Notes: a model not told the origin generated them from the letters alone. A stretch of 64,000 nucleotides of DNA from an uncultured Acidobacteriota bacterium (GCA_963805975.1 CAWDVR010000003.1:736001-800000), one strand, 5' to 3'; shown: positions 50,864 through 60,966, counted from the first letter of the stretch. Numbers and translations are program-made.

Positions 50864-52402
50864 ATGATCGCAGAGTCCGAAGGCCAGGCGTCTCACGGCA
50901 AGACCACCGGTTTCCTGAGGGAGCTGGGCCTCGGCGACTCGACGATGATCGTCGCCGGCTCGATGATCGGCTCCGGCATCTTCATCGTCTCGGCCGACAT
51001 CGCGCGGCTGATGGGCTCGGCGGGCGGCCTGCTCGCGGTGTGGATCGTCACCGGCCTGCTGACGGTGGCCGCGGCGCTCTCCTACGGCGAGCTCGCGGCC
51101 ATGATGCCGGCGGCCGGCGGCCAGTACGTCTATCTCCGCGAGGCCTACTCACCGCTCTGGGGCTTCCTCTACGGCTGGGCCCTCTTCCTCGTCATCCAGA
51201 CCGGCACCATCGCCGCGGTGGCGATCGGCTTCGCGCGCTTCCTGGGCGTGCTGGTGCCGTCGATCTCACCCACGGCCTGGATCGTCGAGCCGATCACCCT
51301 GTCCGACAAGTACGCCCTCTCGCTCTCGACGCAACAGCTCGTCGGCATCGTGATGATCCTCTTCCTCACCTGGCTCAACACGCGGGGCATCCGTCTGGGC
51401 AAGGTGATCCAGAACGTCTTCACCTCGACCAAGACCCTGGCGCTGGTGCTGCTGATCCTGGTCGGGCTGGTGCTCGGCTGGAACTCGGAAGCGGTGTCCG
51501 CCAACTTCGGCCAGCTCTGGACGGTGCAGAACCCCACCACCATCAAGCCGGACCTGCCCTTCCTCAGCCCGGTGACCGTGGGGAGCGGCGCCCTGGCTTT
51601 CCTCATCGCCTTCTGCGTGGCGCAGGTGGGCTCGCTCTTCTCTTCGGACGCCTGGAACAACATCACCTTCACCGCCGGTGAAGTGAAAGACCCGCGGCGC
51701 AACATCCCCCTGTCGCTCGCCGCCGGCACGCTCTTGGTCACCGGCCTCTACTGCCTCGCCAACCTGGCCTACCTGGTGACGCTGCCGCTCGCCGCCATCC
51801 AGACCGCGCCGGACGACCGCGTGGCCACCGCGGCGCTCGCCACCATCCTGGGGCCGGCCGGGGCCACGGTGATGGCGGTCGCCATCGTGATCTCGACCTT
51901 CGGCTGCAACAACGGGCTGATCCTGGCCGGCGCGCGCGTCTACTACGCGATGGCGAGGGACGGCCTCTTCTTCCGCCGCACCGGTGAGCTGAACAAGAAC
52001 CACGTGCCGGGTTTCGGGCTCCTGCTGCAAGGGCTGTGGGCAGCCTTCCTGGTGCTGCCGCGCACCCGCATCGTGGACCCGGCGACCGGCGGCGTGACCT
52101 ACGGCAACGTCTACAGCGACCTGCTCAACTACGTGGTCTTCGCGGTGCTCATCTTCTACGTGCTGACCATCGGCGGCCTGTTCGTCCTGCGCAAGAAGCG
52201 GCCCAACGCCGAGCGGCCCTACAAAGCCTTCGGCTACCCGCTGGTGCCGGCGCTCTACATGGTGGCGGCATCGACCATCGCCCTGGTGCTGCTGCTCTAT
52301 CAGACGCGGACCAGTTGGCCCGGCCTGGCGCTGGTCCTGACCGGCATCCCCGTGTTCTTCCTCTGGCGCCGCTCGGCCGCGGCGACCTCTTCCGACTCCT
52401 GA
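50864..52402 (+). CDS. APC-family amino acid permease
   Basis: GSMIGSGIF, YGELAAMMP.AGGQY, DAWNN, ARVYYAMARDG. Confidence 0.93.
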   Translation: MIAESEGQASHGKTTGFLRELGLGDSTMIVAGSMIGSGIFIVSADIARLMGSAGGLLAVWIVTGLLTVAAALSYGELAAMMPAAGGQYVYLREAYSPLWGFLYGWALFLVIQTGTIAAVAIGFARFLGVLVPSISPTAWIVEPITLSDKYALSLSTQQLVGIVMILFLTWLNTRGIRLGKVIQNVFTSTKTLALVLLILVGLVLGWNSEAVSANFGQLWTVQNPTTIKPDLPFLSPVTVGSGALAFLIAFCVAQVGSLFSSDAWNNITFTAGEVKDPRRNIPLSLAAGTLLVTGLYCLANLAYLVTLPLAAIQTAPDDRVATAALATILGPAGATVMAVAIVISTFGCNNGLILAGARVYYAMARDGLFFRRTGELNKNHVPGFGLLLQGLWAAFLVLPRTRIVDPATGGVTYGNVYSDLLNYVVFAVLIFYVLTIGGLFVLRKKRPNAERPYKAFGYPLVPALYMVAASTIALVLLLYQTRTSWPGLALVLTGIPVFFLWRRSAAATSSDS

Positions 52403-52419
52403 TCCGTGGAGGACCCTAG

Positions 52420-53904
52420 ATGTCGATCTTTGCCACGAAGTCGATTGACCAGATCAAAACCGAAGCGTCGGAAGGCGGTGCGCACAGCCTCAAGCGCGTG
52501 CTCACGGCCCTCGACCTGACGACCCTCGGCATCGGCGCCATCATCGGCACCGGCATCTTCGTGCTGACCGGCCAGGCGGCGGCGGCCCACGCCGGGCCGG
52601 CCATCGTGCTGTCGATGGTGCTGGCGGGCCTGGCGAGCGCGCTCGCCGGCCTCTGCTACGCCGAGTTCGCCTCCACGGTGCCCATCGCCGGCTCGGCCTA
52701 CACCTACGGCTACGCCACGCTGGGCGAGTTCTTCGCCTGGATCATCGGCTGGGACCTGATCCTCGAGTACGCCCTGGGCGCGGCCACCGTGGCGGTCGGC
52801 TGGTCCGGCTACATGGTGAGCTTCCTCGCCGACTTCGGCATCCAATTTCCGGCCACACTGGCGGCGGCGCCGGGAACCGTGACGACGCTCGCCGACGGCA
52901 GCACGGCGACGGCGGTGTTCAACCTGCCCGCGGTGCTCATCACGGCGCTGGTAACGACCCTGCTGGTGGTCGGCATCCAGGAATCGGCACGGGTCAATGC
53001 GGTGATCGTGATCCTCAAGGTCGCCGTGGTGCTGCTGGTGATCGCGGTCGGTGCGATGTTCATGGACACCGCCAACTGGAGCCCGTTCATCCCAGACAAC
53101 ACCGGCAAGTTCGGCGAATACGGCTGGAGCGGCATCGTGCGCGGCGCGGGAGTGATCTTCTTCGCCTACATCGGCTTCGACGCCGTGTCGACCGCGGCGC
53201 AGGAGGCGAAGAATCCGCAGAAGGACATGCCGATCGGCATCCTGGGATCGCTCGCCATCTGTACCGTCCTCTACGTGCTGGTCTCCGGCGTGATGGTCGG
53301 CCTGGTTCCCTACACCGAGCTCGGCGTCCCGGCCCCGATGGCGGTGGCGATCGACGCCGCCAAGGCCAAGGCCGCGGGCGGCAGCATGGCGGGCCTGGTG
53401 GGCGTCATGCCCTTCATCGTCAAGCTCGGCGCCATCGCCGGCCTCTCCTCGGTGATGGTGGTGATGATGCTCGGCCAGCCACGCGTCTTCATGTCGATGT
53501 CCAACGACGGCCTGCTGCCGGCCTGGGCGGGCAAGATCCATCCCCGGTTCCGCACGCCGTACGTCACCACGATCCTGACCGGCGTCATGGTGGCGATCGC
53601 CGCCGGCTTCACGCCGATCAACATCCTGGGCGAGCTGGTGTCGATCGGCACGCTCTTGGCCTTCGTGATCGTCTCGCTCGGCATCCTGGTGCTGCGCTAC
53701 AAGCGGCCTGACCTCCACCGTCCCTTCCGCACGCCGTGGGTGCCTTTCGTACCGATCCTCTCCGCACTGGTGGCCCTCGGCCTGATGGCCGGCCTGCCCT
53801 GGCACACCTGGGAGCGGCTGATCATCTGGATGGTGATCGGCGTGGTGCTCTACTTCCTCTACGGCTACCGCCACAGCAAGCTGCGCGGTTCTGGCGCAAG
53901 GTGA
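52420..53904 (+). CDS. APC-family amino acid permease (CAT-like)
   Basis: GAIIGTGIF, CYAEFAS, FFAYIGFDAVST, RPFRTP. Confidence 0.93.
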   Translation: MSIFATKSIDQIKTEASEGGAHSLKRVLTALDLTTLGIGAIIGTGIFVLTGQAAAAHAGPAIVLSMVLAGLASALAGLCYAEFASTVPIAGSAYTYGYATLGEFFAWIIGWDLILEYALGAATVAVGWSGYMVSFLADFGIQFPATLAAAPGTVTTLADGSTATAVFNLPAVLITALVTTLLVVGIQESARVNAVIVILKVAVVLLVIAVGAMFMDTANWSPFIPDNTGKFGEYGWSGIVRGAGVIFFAYIGFDAVSTAAQEAKNPQKDMPIGILGSLAICTVLYVLVSGVMVGLVPYTELGVPAPMAVAIDAAKAKAAGGSMAGLVGVMPFIVKLGAIAGLSSVMVVMMLGQPRVFMSMSNDGLLPAWAGKIHPRFRTPYVTTILTGVMVAIAAGFTPINILGELVSIGTLLAFVIVSLGILVLRYKRPDLHRPFRTPWVPFVPILSALVALGLMAGLPWHTWERLIIWMVIGVVLYFLYGYRHSKLRGSGAR

Positions 53905-53935
53905 TCCGGAGCGCTGCCGAGTAACCTGGGCCCTC

Positions 53936-53966
53936 ACGGCCGAGACCTGAACCGGGTCTCGGCCGT
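53936..53966. terminator. Hairpin between convergent genes
   Basis: ACGGCCGAGACC-N7-GGTCTCGGCCGT. Confidence 0.55.
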
Positions 53967-53976
53967 ATTCAGAAAG

Positions 53977-54273
53977 TCAGTAGTGGTAGCGCGCCTGCAG
54001 GAAGTCGATCCGATCCTGGCGCACGGTATAGACCAGGCGATGCTCCTGCGTGATACGACGCGACCAGCTTCCGGCAGCGAGGTGGCGTAGCGGCTCCGGC
54101 TTGCCGATGCCGACGAAGGGGTCGCGCAGGACGGCGTCGACCAACTGCAGGATCCGCAGGGCCGTCTTCCGGTCCGTCTCGACCCAGAAGCGAAGATCTT
54201 CCAGGAAGCCCTCCTGGAAGACGGCCTCCCGCTGTGTCCGACGCGAGCCGTCACTCCTCGGCGTCGAGCCCAA
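53977..54273 (-). CDS. yoeB: Txe/YoeB family toxin
   Basis: PF.GIGKPEPL, WSRRITQEHRLVY, C-terminal RYHY; start uncertain. Confidence 0.92.
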   Translation of the reverse strand: MGSTPRSDGSRRTQREAVFQEGFLEDLRFWVETDRKTALRILQLVDAVLRDPFVGIGKPEPLRHLAAGSWSRRITQEHRLVYTVRQDRIDFLQARYHY

Positions 54274-54538
54274 CTTTCTTCTTGAGCTCCGTTACCGTCA
54301 TGCGGGTTCCGCGGCCGGTTTGCGCGGCGTGAAGGGCCTTGAGGAGACGCGCGGCGTTCTTGGGCGACCTCAGCAGATGGGCAGTCTCGGTGAGCCCGGC
54401 CAGCTCGGAGGCGGCAACCAGCGCCACGTCCTCGCGGCCCCGGCGCCGGATCACCACCGTCTCTCGGTCCTCACCGACGCGGTCGAGGATCTTGGCCAGA
54501 TTGGAGCGGGCGTGGGAGTAGGTAGTCTGTGTAGGCAT
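54251..54538 (-). CDS. yefM: Phd/YefM family antitoxin
   Basis: TYSHARSNLA..LD.V, ETAHLLRSPKNA.RL. Confidence 0.92.
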   Translation of the reverse strand: MPTQTTYSHARSNLAKILDRVGEDRETVVIRRRGREDVALVAASELAGLTETAHLLRSPKNAARLLKALHAAQTGRGTRMTVTELKKKVGLDAEE

Positions 54539-54577
54539 GTACAGAGAGATTGTACGTGGAGCGGGGGCGCTGTTCAA
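54538..54577 (-). promoter_or_regulatory. yefM promoter with overlapping TGTACA-type operator
   Basis: TTGAAC-17 bp-TACAAT on the minus strand; TGTACA (54538-54543) and TGTACG (54551-54556) resemble the E. coli yefM-yoeB operator core. Confidence 0.7.
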
Positions 54578-54648
54578 GCCTTGTGTGCTGCTGACGCCTG
54601 TCTAGGGGATTGCTCCTCTCCCTTTCCCCGTGCCACACTTCCGCCGCT

Positions 54649-56343
54649 TTGAACCTCGCTCTGCTCGCCGTTTGCTTCATGGCTCTCTTGGCCGTGGCCT
54701 ACATGGGCTATGGCCGCTGGGTGGCGCGGAAGCTGGCGATTGATGATGGGAGGGTGACGCCGGCCAGGTCGCGCGAGGACGGCGTCGACTTCGTGCCCAC
54801 GCGGCCGTTCTATCTCTTCGGGCAGCACTTCTCGGCCATCGCGGCGGCCGGGCCGATCGCCGGGCCCATCCTCGCCTGCCAGGCCTTCGGCTGGTTGCCC
54901 TGCCTGTTGTGGATCGGCCTCGGCGTGGTGCTGATCGGCGCCGTGCACGATTTCACCAGCCTCTTCGCCTCGGTGCGTCACGACGCGCGCTCGGTGGCGG
55001 ACATCGCCCGCGAGCACCTGGGGCCCGGCGCCGGGCTCGCCATGATGGCCTTCATCTGGATCGCGCTGATCTACGTGGTGGTGGCCTTCGCGGACATCAC
55101 GGCGGCAAGCTTCGTGGTCGGCACCGAGGAGTTGCAGCAGCGGGCGGCGAGCTTCCATCCTGGTGGCGCCGTGGCGGCGGCGAGCGTGATGTACCTCGGG
55201 CTCGCTCTCCTGATGGGCTTGGTGCAGCGCTTCCTGAAGCCGCCGCTATGGTTGCTGACGGTGATCTTCGTGCCGGCCATCTTCGGCTCCGCGTGGCTGG
55301 GCACCCAGGTCTCGGGCGCCCTGCTCCTCGACCGCAACACCTGGGGCCTGCTGATCCTCGCCTACTGTGCCGTGGCCTCGATCACGCCGGTCTGGGCACT
55401 GCTCCAGCCGCGTGGCTATCTGGGCGGCTTCGTCCTCTACTCGGCGCTGGCGCTGGGCGTCATCGGCATCTTCTTCGGCGGCTACGAGATCCAGCAGCCG
55501 GCCTTCACCACCTGGAACGCCGGCGGCATGACGGGGAGCCTCTTCCCGTTCCTCTTCGTCACCATCGCCTGCGGCGCCTGCTCGGGCTTCCACGGCCTGG
55601 TGTGCTCCGGCACCACCTCGAAGCAGGTGGAGCGCGAGGCCCATCTCCAGCCGGTGGGCTACGGCGCCATGCTGGCCGAGGGCTTCGTGGCGGTGATCGC
55701 CCTGGTGACGGTGATGATCGTGGCGCCGGGCGCGCTCCAGGGCCTGGCGCCCGGCACCATCTACGGCGACGGCATCGGCCGTTTTCTGACGCTGCTGATC
55801 GGCCCCGAGCACCAGGCTTTCGCCGTGACCTTCGGCGCCATGGTCTTCTCGACCTTCGTCTTCGACACCCTGGACGTGTGCACCCGGCTGGGGCGCTACC
55901 TGCTGCAGGAGCTCTTTGGCTGGAAGGGCCGCCTGGGGGCGCTGGGGGCGACGCTTGCCACGATCGGCGTCCCGGCGCTCTTGATCGGCTCCGCGGAGCC
56001 CGGCATGTGGGTCAAGTTCTGGACGCTCTTCGGCGCTTCGAACCAGCTCCTGGCGGCGCTCACGCTGCTGGCGGTCACGGTGTGGCTGAAGCGCTCGGGG
56101 CGGCCGATCGCCTTCACGCTGCTGCCGCTCCTCTTCGTGATGACGATCACGCTCTGGGCGCTCGCCAAGCTCGCCTGGGCCAATTTATCGGTGTTCCGCA
56201 GCGCCGCGGCCGGCTCCGGCGGCACGATCGCGGCGGTCAACACCGTGGCCTCGGCGGCACTCATCGCCCTGGCGCTCTACCTGGCGCTCGCGGCGTTGCG
56301 CGCGGCGCGGCGGGATCGCGGCCTGACGGCTAGCCTTTCTTGA
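54649..56343 (+). CDS. cstA: Carbon starvation protein A family transporter
   Basis: DGVDFVPT, GQHFSAIAAAGPIAGP, GAVHD, LLQPRGY, TIACGACSGFH, FGASNQL. Confidence 0.93.
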   Translation: MNLALLAVCFMALLAVAYMGYGRWVARKLAIDDGRVTPARSREDGVDFVPTRPFYLFGQHFSAIAAAGPIAGPILACQAFGWLPCLLWIGLGVVLIGAVHDFTSLFASVRHDARSVADIAREHLGPGAGLAMMAFIWIALIYVVVAFADITAASFVVGTEELQQRAASFHPGGAVAAASVMYLGLALLMGLVQRFLKPPLWLLTVIFVPAIFGSAWLGTQVSGALLLDRNTWGLLILAYCAVASITPVWALLQPRGYLGGFVLYSALALGVIGIFFGGYEIQQPAFTTWNAGGMTGSLFPFLFVTIACGACSGFHGLVCSGTTSKQVEREAHLQPVGYGAMLAEGFVAVIALVTVMIVAPGALQGLAPGTIYGDGIGRFLTLLIGPEHQAFAVTFGAMVFSTFVFDTLDVCTRLGRYLLQELFGWKGRLGALGATLATIGVPALLIGSAEPGMWVKFWTLFGASNQLLAALTLLAVTVWLKRSGRPIAFTLLPLLFVMTITLWALAKLAWANLSVFRSAAAGSGGTIAAVNTVASAALIALALYLALAALRAARRDRGLTASLS

Positions 56344-58669
56344 AAAACGCCTCCAGCAGCTTGTCGGTCGACGAGCGCCAGGAGCACCAGCCGAACTTGC
56401 CCGGGTTCTCGCTGCGGATCACCTCGACGCCCTTGGCGTTGAGCGCCTCCTCCAGCCGGGCCGTGTCCTTCTTGACGTCGAAAGGCACCTGCGGGGGCGA
56501 CAGCTCGTAGCGCGAGGTCTCGATGCGGACGCGGCGCGGGCCGCCCTGAGCCGCGGCGACCGTCGCCAGCAGCTCGTCGTTCTCGGGTGCCATCAGTACG
56601 AAGGACTGGAGCGCCAGGCCGCCGAACACTTGCGGCTGAGCGTAGGCGGCGTAGGCCGCGGCGTAGGCGCCGCGGTTGATGCCGCCGATCACCCGCGCCT
56701 CGGGCCGCGCGTCGGTCCGGTACTTGCCGTCGAGCATGGGGATCAGCTCCTCGGCCACCAGCTTGGCAAAGAGCGGCGCGCCGGCCGGCTGGGTGTCCGG
56801 TCCGCGGCGCTCGAGGAAGGCGACGATCAGCGGCTCGACCGTGGTGCCGATCAGGTTGTCGAGCGAGTTGGCCATGCTGCCGGAGGCGAGCTGGAAATCG
56901 CCGTTGGCGAGCACCAGCAGGGGATAGCGGGCGGCACCCGATTCGTAGCCCGCCGGCAGGTAGACCCAGACGCGGCGCAGCGATTCCCCAGTGCCGAGCT
57001 CGATCGTCTCCACCCTGCCGCGGGGCCGGCCGGCCGACGGCTCGTCGATGTGCGCCGGCACCTGCCAGCGCGGCATGGCCAGCTCCGAGCTCAGGTTGGG
57101 CCCGGCACCGACCCTGAGCGGGTTGGCCGGGTCGGGCTGGGGCTCGCCGAAGTCCACCCGCAGGCGGTAGTCGTAGCAGGACTCGGGGTCGAGCTTCAGG
57201 GTGCGAATGTGGAGGTCGGTGCCGGCGATGCGGTCGAGCGCCAGCTCCTGGTTGGGGGCTTCGGTCACGCTGCCGGAGACCGCCACGTCCTTGACCTCAC
57301 CGCGGTAGAGGAAGTGCGCGCGGCCGTCGTCCTCGAGGATCGGCAGCCGGGGCTTCTTGGCGAAGAACTCCTCGACCAGCTTCGGCTTGGCCGCGGCCTC
57401 GGCCGCCTCGATCCGGGCCAGCAGGGCACCGAGCTCGCCGCCCACCTTGCCGAGGTCCGGGCCGCTCGCCTTGGCGGCCGCCGGCGGCGCCTGCTCCGTG
57501 ATGCGGAGAGCGGCAATCTCTGTGAGGTTGCGGACGAAGAAGCGGCCGGAGGCGAAGGTAGGCGCGGTCAGCGCCTCGCGATCCAGCGCCTTGCCGCGCG
57601 CCTTCTCCACGTAGCCGGTGGGGGTCGCCTCGACCAGCACCACCTCGCCGCCGGTGGCGAGCACCGCGAGGTGGTCCTCCACCAGGGTCATCGCGTGGCC
57701 GCCGGGCGGGCGCGACTTCCACACTACCTTGCCGGTGGCGGCGTCGACGCAGGTGAGGAAGCGGCCGGTCAGGCCATAGAGGTGGCCCTGGCGGTAGATC
57801 GGCATGGCGTAGGCGTTCATGAACTCGTTCGAGCGCCACAGCTCGTTGACCCCGAGGCCGCCGTCCTTCTTCACCACCTGGAAGGCGGCGGTGCTCTCTC
57901 CCAGGACCACCACGAAGCGGTCGTCGCCCATCGCCACCGGCCGCGCGAAGCCGATGCCGTCCGCGGGCGTGTGGCGGTGCTGCCAGAGGATCTTCCCGTC
58001 CTTGGGATCGAGGCCCAGCAACAGATGGTTGGTCACCACCACTACCTGCGGCCTGCCGGCCACGGTGGCGAGCACCGGCGACTGGTAGTCCACGGTGTCG
58101 TCGCCGCGCGACCAGAGGAGCTTGCCGTCCCGGCGGTCGTAGGCCGAGATGGCGCCACCGCTCTGGCGGCCGGTGAGCACGATCAACGAGTCGCCGGCCG
58201 GAAGCGGGGTGGTGGCGAAGCCGTACACCGGCACCTTGGCTTCCTTCTCGGCCTCGAGGGTGCGGGCCCAGATCTCCTTGCCGTCGGCGAGGCGAACGGC
58301 GAACAGGCGGCCGTGCGGGTCCAGGCCGTAGACTGCGTCACCCGCCACCACCGGCGAGCCGGCGGGGCCGTCGTCCGAGCCGTCGTGGCCCTTATAGACC
58401 GGGCCGATCCGGTAGCGCCAGCGCTCCTCGCCGGTCGCGGCGTCGAGCGCCGCCACCAAGTCGTGCTCGGCATCGCTGAACATGGTCACCATCAGATTGC
58501 CGGCCGCCGCCACCTCCGAGTAGCCGGAGCCCAGGGCTTTCTTCCACGCCACCTCGAGCCCGAAAGGCTTGGCGGGGAAGACGGTCTCGGCAGCGGTGCG
58601 GTCCGCTCCGGCCAGGGCAGCGACGAGCAGGGCGAGCGCGAGGCGGGAGCGATGGGCGCGGGCGGTCAT
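56330..58669 (-). CDS. Secreted PQQ-like beta-propeller fused to a Fes-like alpha/beta-hydrolase domain
   Basis: Signal peptide; A.D..TG...W blades; VWVYLPAGY...YPLL and Y.TDARPEARVIGG esterase scaffold. Confidence 0.85.
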   Translation of the reverse strand: MTARAHRSRLALALLVAALAGADRTAAETVFPAKPFGLEVAWKKALGSGYSEVAAAGNLMVTMFSDAEHDLVAALDAATGEERWRYRIGPVYKGHDGSDDGPAGSPVVAGDAVYGLDPHGRLFAVRLADGKEIWARTLEAEKEAKVPVYGFATTPLPAGDSLIVLTGRQSGGAISAYDRRDGKLLWSRGDDTVDYQSPVLATVAGRPQVVVVTNHLLLGLDPKDGKILWQHRHTPADGIGFARPVAMGDDRFVVVLGESTAAFQVVKKDGGLGVNELWRSNEFMNAYAMPIYRQGHLYGLTGRFLTCVDAATGKVVWKSRPPGGHAMTLVEDHLAVLATGGEVVLVEATPTGYVEKARGKALDREALTAPTFASGRFFVRNLTEIAALRITEQAPPAAAKASGPDLGKVGGELGALLARIEAAEAAAKPKLVEEFFAKKPRLPILEDDGRAHFLYRGEVKDVAVSGSVTEAPNQELALDRIAGTDLHIRTLKLDPESCYDYRLRVDFGEPQPDPANPLRVGAGPNLSSELAMPRWQVPAHIDEPSAGRPRGRVETIELGTGESLRRVWVYLPAGYESGAARYPLLVLANGDFQLASGSMANSLDNLIGTTVEPLIVAFLERRGPDTQPAGAPLFAKLVAEELIPMLDGKYRTDARPEARVIGGINRGAYAAAYAAYAQPQVFGGLALQSFVLMAPENDELLATVAAAQGGPRRVRIETSRYELSPPQVPFDVKKDTARLEEALNAKGVEVIRSENPGKFGWCSWRSSTDKLLEAFFKKG

Positions 58670-58750
58670 GCGACACCTCCGTGAGAGTGTTCTTCTTCTA
58701 CGACGATTGTACGAGAAAGTTGGGTCTGACGGAGGGTACCCGGGGTGAGG

Positions 58751-58809
58751 GAGCGCAGCGGGATCTCGAGAAGTGGTACGCCGAGATCCTGCGCTGCGCT
58801 CGGGATGGC
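58751..58809. repeat. Degenerate REP-like palindrome
   Basis: GAGCGCAGCGGGATCTCG...CGAGATCCTGCGCTGCGCTC inverted repeat between co-oriented genes. Confidence 0.55.
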
Positions 58810-58824
58810 ACTTCGACTAGAGCT

Positions 58825-60966
58825 TTAGTCCCAGGGATTGGCGGGCTGGTCGTTGATCGCCACCCAGACGCGGCCGGTGAGGAAGAACGGGCTGCCGTGC
58901 GCCCAGAAGCTCCAGCCGCCGGAGAAGGCGAGGCCCGGGCCGTAGCGGCCGTCGTGGAACTCCGCCATGCGCCAGCCGGCGCCGAAGCTCGTGGCGCAGA
59001 AGGCGTCCGCTACTGCCCGGCTGGTCAGCGTCGCTCCCTGCACGGCAGCCGTTTCCCGTACCTGGCCGCGGGCCCAGCCGTTGTAGAAGTCCGGGGTGAT
59101 TCCCGGGGGCACCGGGCTGTTGTCCACCAGCAGGCAGAGCACCGGCAGCGAGGTGCTGGCCGGGGTGTCGCCGGAGTACGGGTTGGTCTGGCCGTCCGCG
59201 CCCACGTGGACCAGGTTGGGGAAGCGCCGCTCCAGGTACGTCCAGGTCATGCCGGCGTGGGTGGCGCCGGCGCGGCCGAGGTAGAGCAGCCGGTTGGGCG
59301 AGCGGGGATCGATCACCACGTTGGGGGTGGCGCGGCCCTGGAGCCAGCTCCGTACCTGGGCGGGGCTGGCCGTGGGGTTGTCGTGCAGGAAGAGGGCCGC
59401 CGCACCGGCCACCGCCGGGGCGGCGTAGGAGGTACCGCTCCCAGTCCGGTAGTTGCTGTCGCCGTCGAACCAGGCGGTACGGATGCTCTCGCCGGGGGCG
59501 AAGATCTCGACCTTGCCGTAGTTGGCGTCCGAGGGCCGCCGGTCGTTGCGGTCGGTGGAGCTGACCGAGATTGCCTCGGGTGCCCGCGCCGGTGTCGAGC
59601 GATCGGCGTTCTTGCCCTCGTTGCCGGCCGAGACCACCACGGTGACGCCGGCGTCCACGGCGCGGCGCACGGCGCGGTCCATGGGCGTGCGCCAGCCCAG
59701 CCAGCGGCGCCAGAAGCCGGGCGGGAAGCCGTAGCTGACGTTGGCCACCGCCGGCTTGCGGTGGTAGCGGGCCACGTAGTCCAGCCCGGCGACGATGGTG
59801 GAGTTGAACACCGAGATCTGCGGGTTGTAGGCGTTGCCCTTGCAGCCGGCGATGCGGATGGAGATGAGGTTGGCGGCCGTCGCGACCCCGACCGTGCTGC
59901 CGCCGGCGATGCTGCCCACTGCGGTGCCGTGGCCGTGGCAGTCGTCGCGCTGGCCGAAGAGGCGGATGAAGTCCCGTTCCTGCCAGGCACGGCCGCCGAA
60001 CTCCTGGTGCGAGCGGCGGAAGCCGGTGTCCAGGACGTAGATGTTGACGCCCGCGCCACAGCCGGCCGGTGGCGTGCAGTCGTAGGGGGCGAAGTTGAGG
60101 TCGTCGAGCGGCAGGGTGCGCTGGTCGATCCGATCACGGTGCCAGTGCTCGGCAGGCTGGCCGTAGCTGTCCTGCTCCACAGACTCGACACGGTAGTCCT
60201 CGCTCATCGCCCGCGCCTGGGTGTCGTCGCCGGTGAACGAGAACCCCTGGACCGAGGTGAAGACGTCGAGGATCGTGCCGCCGTAGATGGCCACGAGGCT
60301 CGAGGCCAGCGATTCGACTTCGGCCTCCGGCAGGTCCTCGCCGAACATGGCGAGGTACTGGTTCGGGACCGGCATCTCCGAGGGGATGAACTTGGGAGGA
60401 AAGATGACCGTGGGCACCGTGCCGGCCGAGTCCCAGGGGTTGGCCGGCTGGTCGTTGATCGCCACCCAAAAGCGGGTGCCGGTCGGGATCTGGCCCTCTC
60501 CCCAGAAGGACCAGCCGCCGACGGCGGAGAAGTCCCCACCGTAGCGGCCGTCGTGGAACTCGGCCAGGCGCCAGCCGCCGCCGAAGGTGTCGGCGCAGAT
60601 CTCGTCGCCCTGCGCTTGGGAGGTCAGCACGATGGCCGGGACCGCGGGCGTCGCCCGCACCGCGCCGCGGGCCCAGCCGTTGTAGAAGTCGAACGGGATG
60701 CCGTCCGGGGCCGACCGGCCGTCGACCAGCACGCAGAGAATGGACAGGAACTGGTCGATGGTGGTGTCCCCCGCATAGGCGTTGGTCTGCCCGTCCGAGC
60801 CCACGTGAACGTAGCTGCCACTCTGGCCGACCACCGTCCAGGTCATCCCGATGCGGAGCGGGCCGGCCGGTTTGTACGCGGCGGCGGGCGCTGCGGCTGC
60901 GACTGCGAGCAGGAGCCCGAGCAGGCCGGGGCTCCAGGCTGCGAGGCGTTGGAACACGGTCTTCAT
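58825..60966 (-). CDS. S8 subtilisin (proteinase K/aqualysin-like) flanked by two copies of an uncharacterised domain
   Basis: I9-like propeptide; LDTG, HGHGT, SAGN, GTSYAAP; GMTW...FYNGW...AEFHDG...WVAINDQPANPWD at both termini. Confidence 0.9.
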   Translation of the reverse strand: MKTVFQRLAAWSPGLLGLLLAVAAAAPAAAYKPAGPLRIGMTWTVVGQSGSYVHVGSDGQTNAYAGDTTIDQFLSILCVLVDGRSAPDGIPFDFYNGWARGAVRATPAVPAIVLTSQAQGDEICADTFGGGWRLAEFHDGRYGGDFSAVGGWSFWGEGQIPTGTRFWVAINDQPANPWDSAGTVPTVIFPPKFIPSEMPVPNQYLAMFGEDLPEAEVESLASSLVAIYGGTILDVFTSVQGFSFTGDDTQARAMSEDYRVESVEQDSYGQPAEHWHRDRIDQRTLPLDDLNFAPYDCTPPAGCGAGVNIYVLDTGFRRSHQEFGGRAWQERDFIRLFGQRDDCHGHGTAVGSIAGGSTVGVATAANLISIRIAGCKGNAYNPQISVFNSTIVAGLDYVARYHRKPAVANVSYGFPPGFWRRWLGWRTPMDRAVRRAVDAGVTVVVSAGNEGKNADRSTPARAPEAISVSSTDRNDRRPSDANYGKVEIFAPGESIRTAWFDGDSNYRTGSGTSYAAPAVAGAAALFLHDNPTASPAQVRSWLQGRATPNVVIDPRSPNRLLYLGRAGATHAGMTWTYLERRFPNLVHVGADGQTNPYSGDTPASTSLPVLCLLVDNSPVPPGITPDFYNGWARGQVRETAAVQGATLTSRAVADAFCATSFGAGWRMAEFHDGRYGPGLAFSGGWSFWAHGSPFFLTGRVWVAINDQPANPWD

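Noticed and set aside
58828-60850. Duplicated lectin-like domain as a DGR template/variable repeat pair
   Set aside because: Differences between the copies are mostly synonymous or general substitutions rather than adenine-specific, both copies are coding, and no reverse transcriptase is present.
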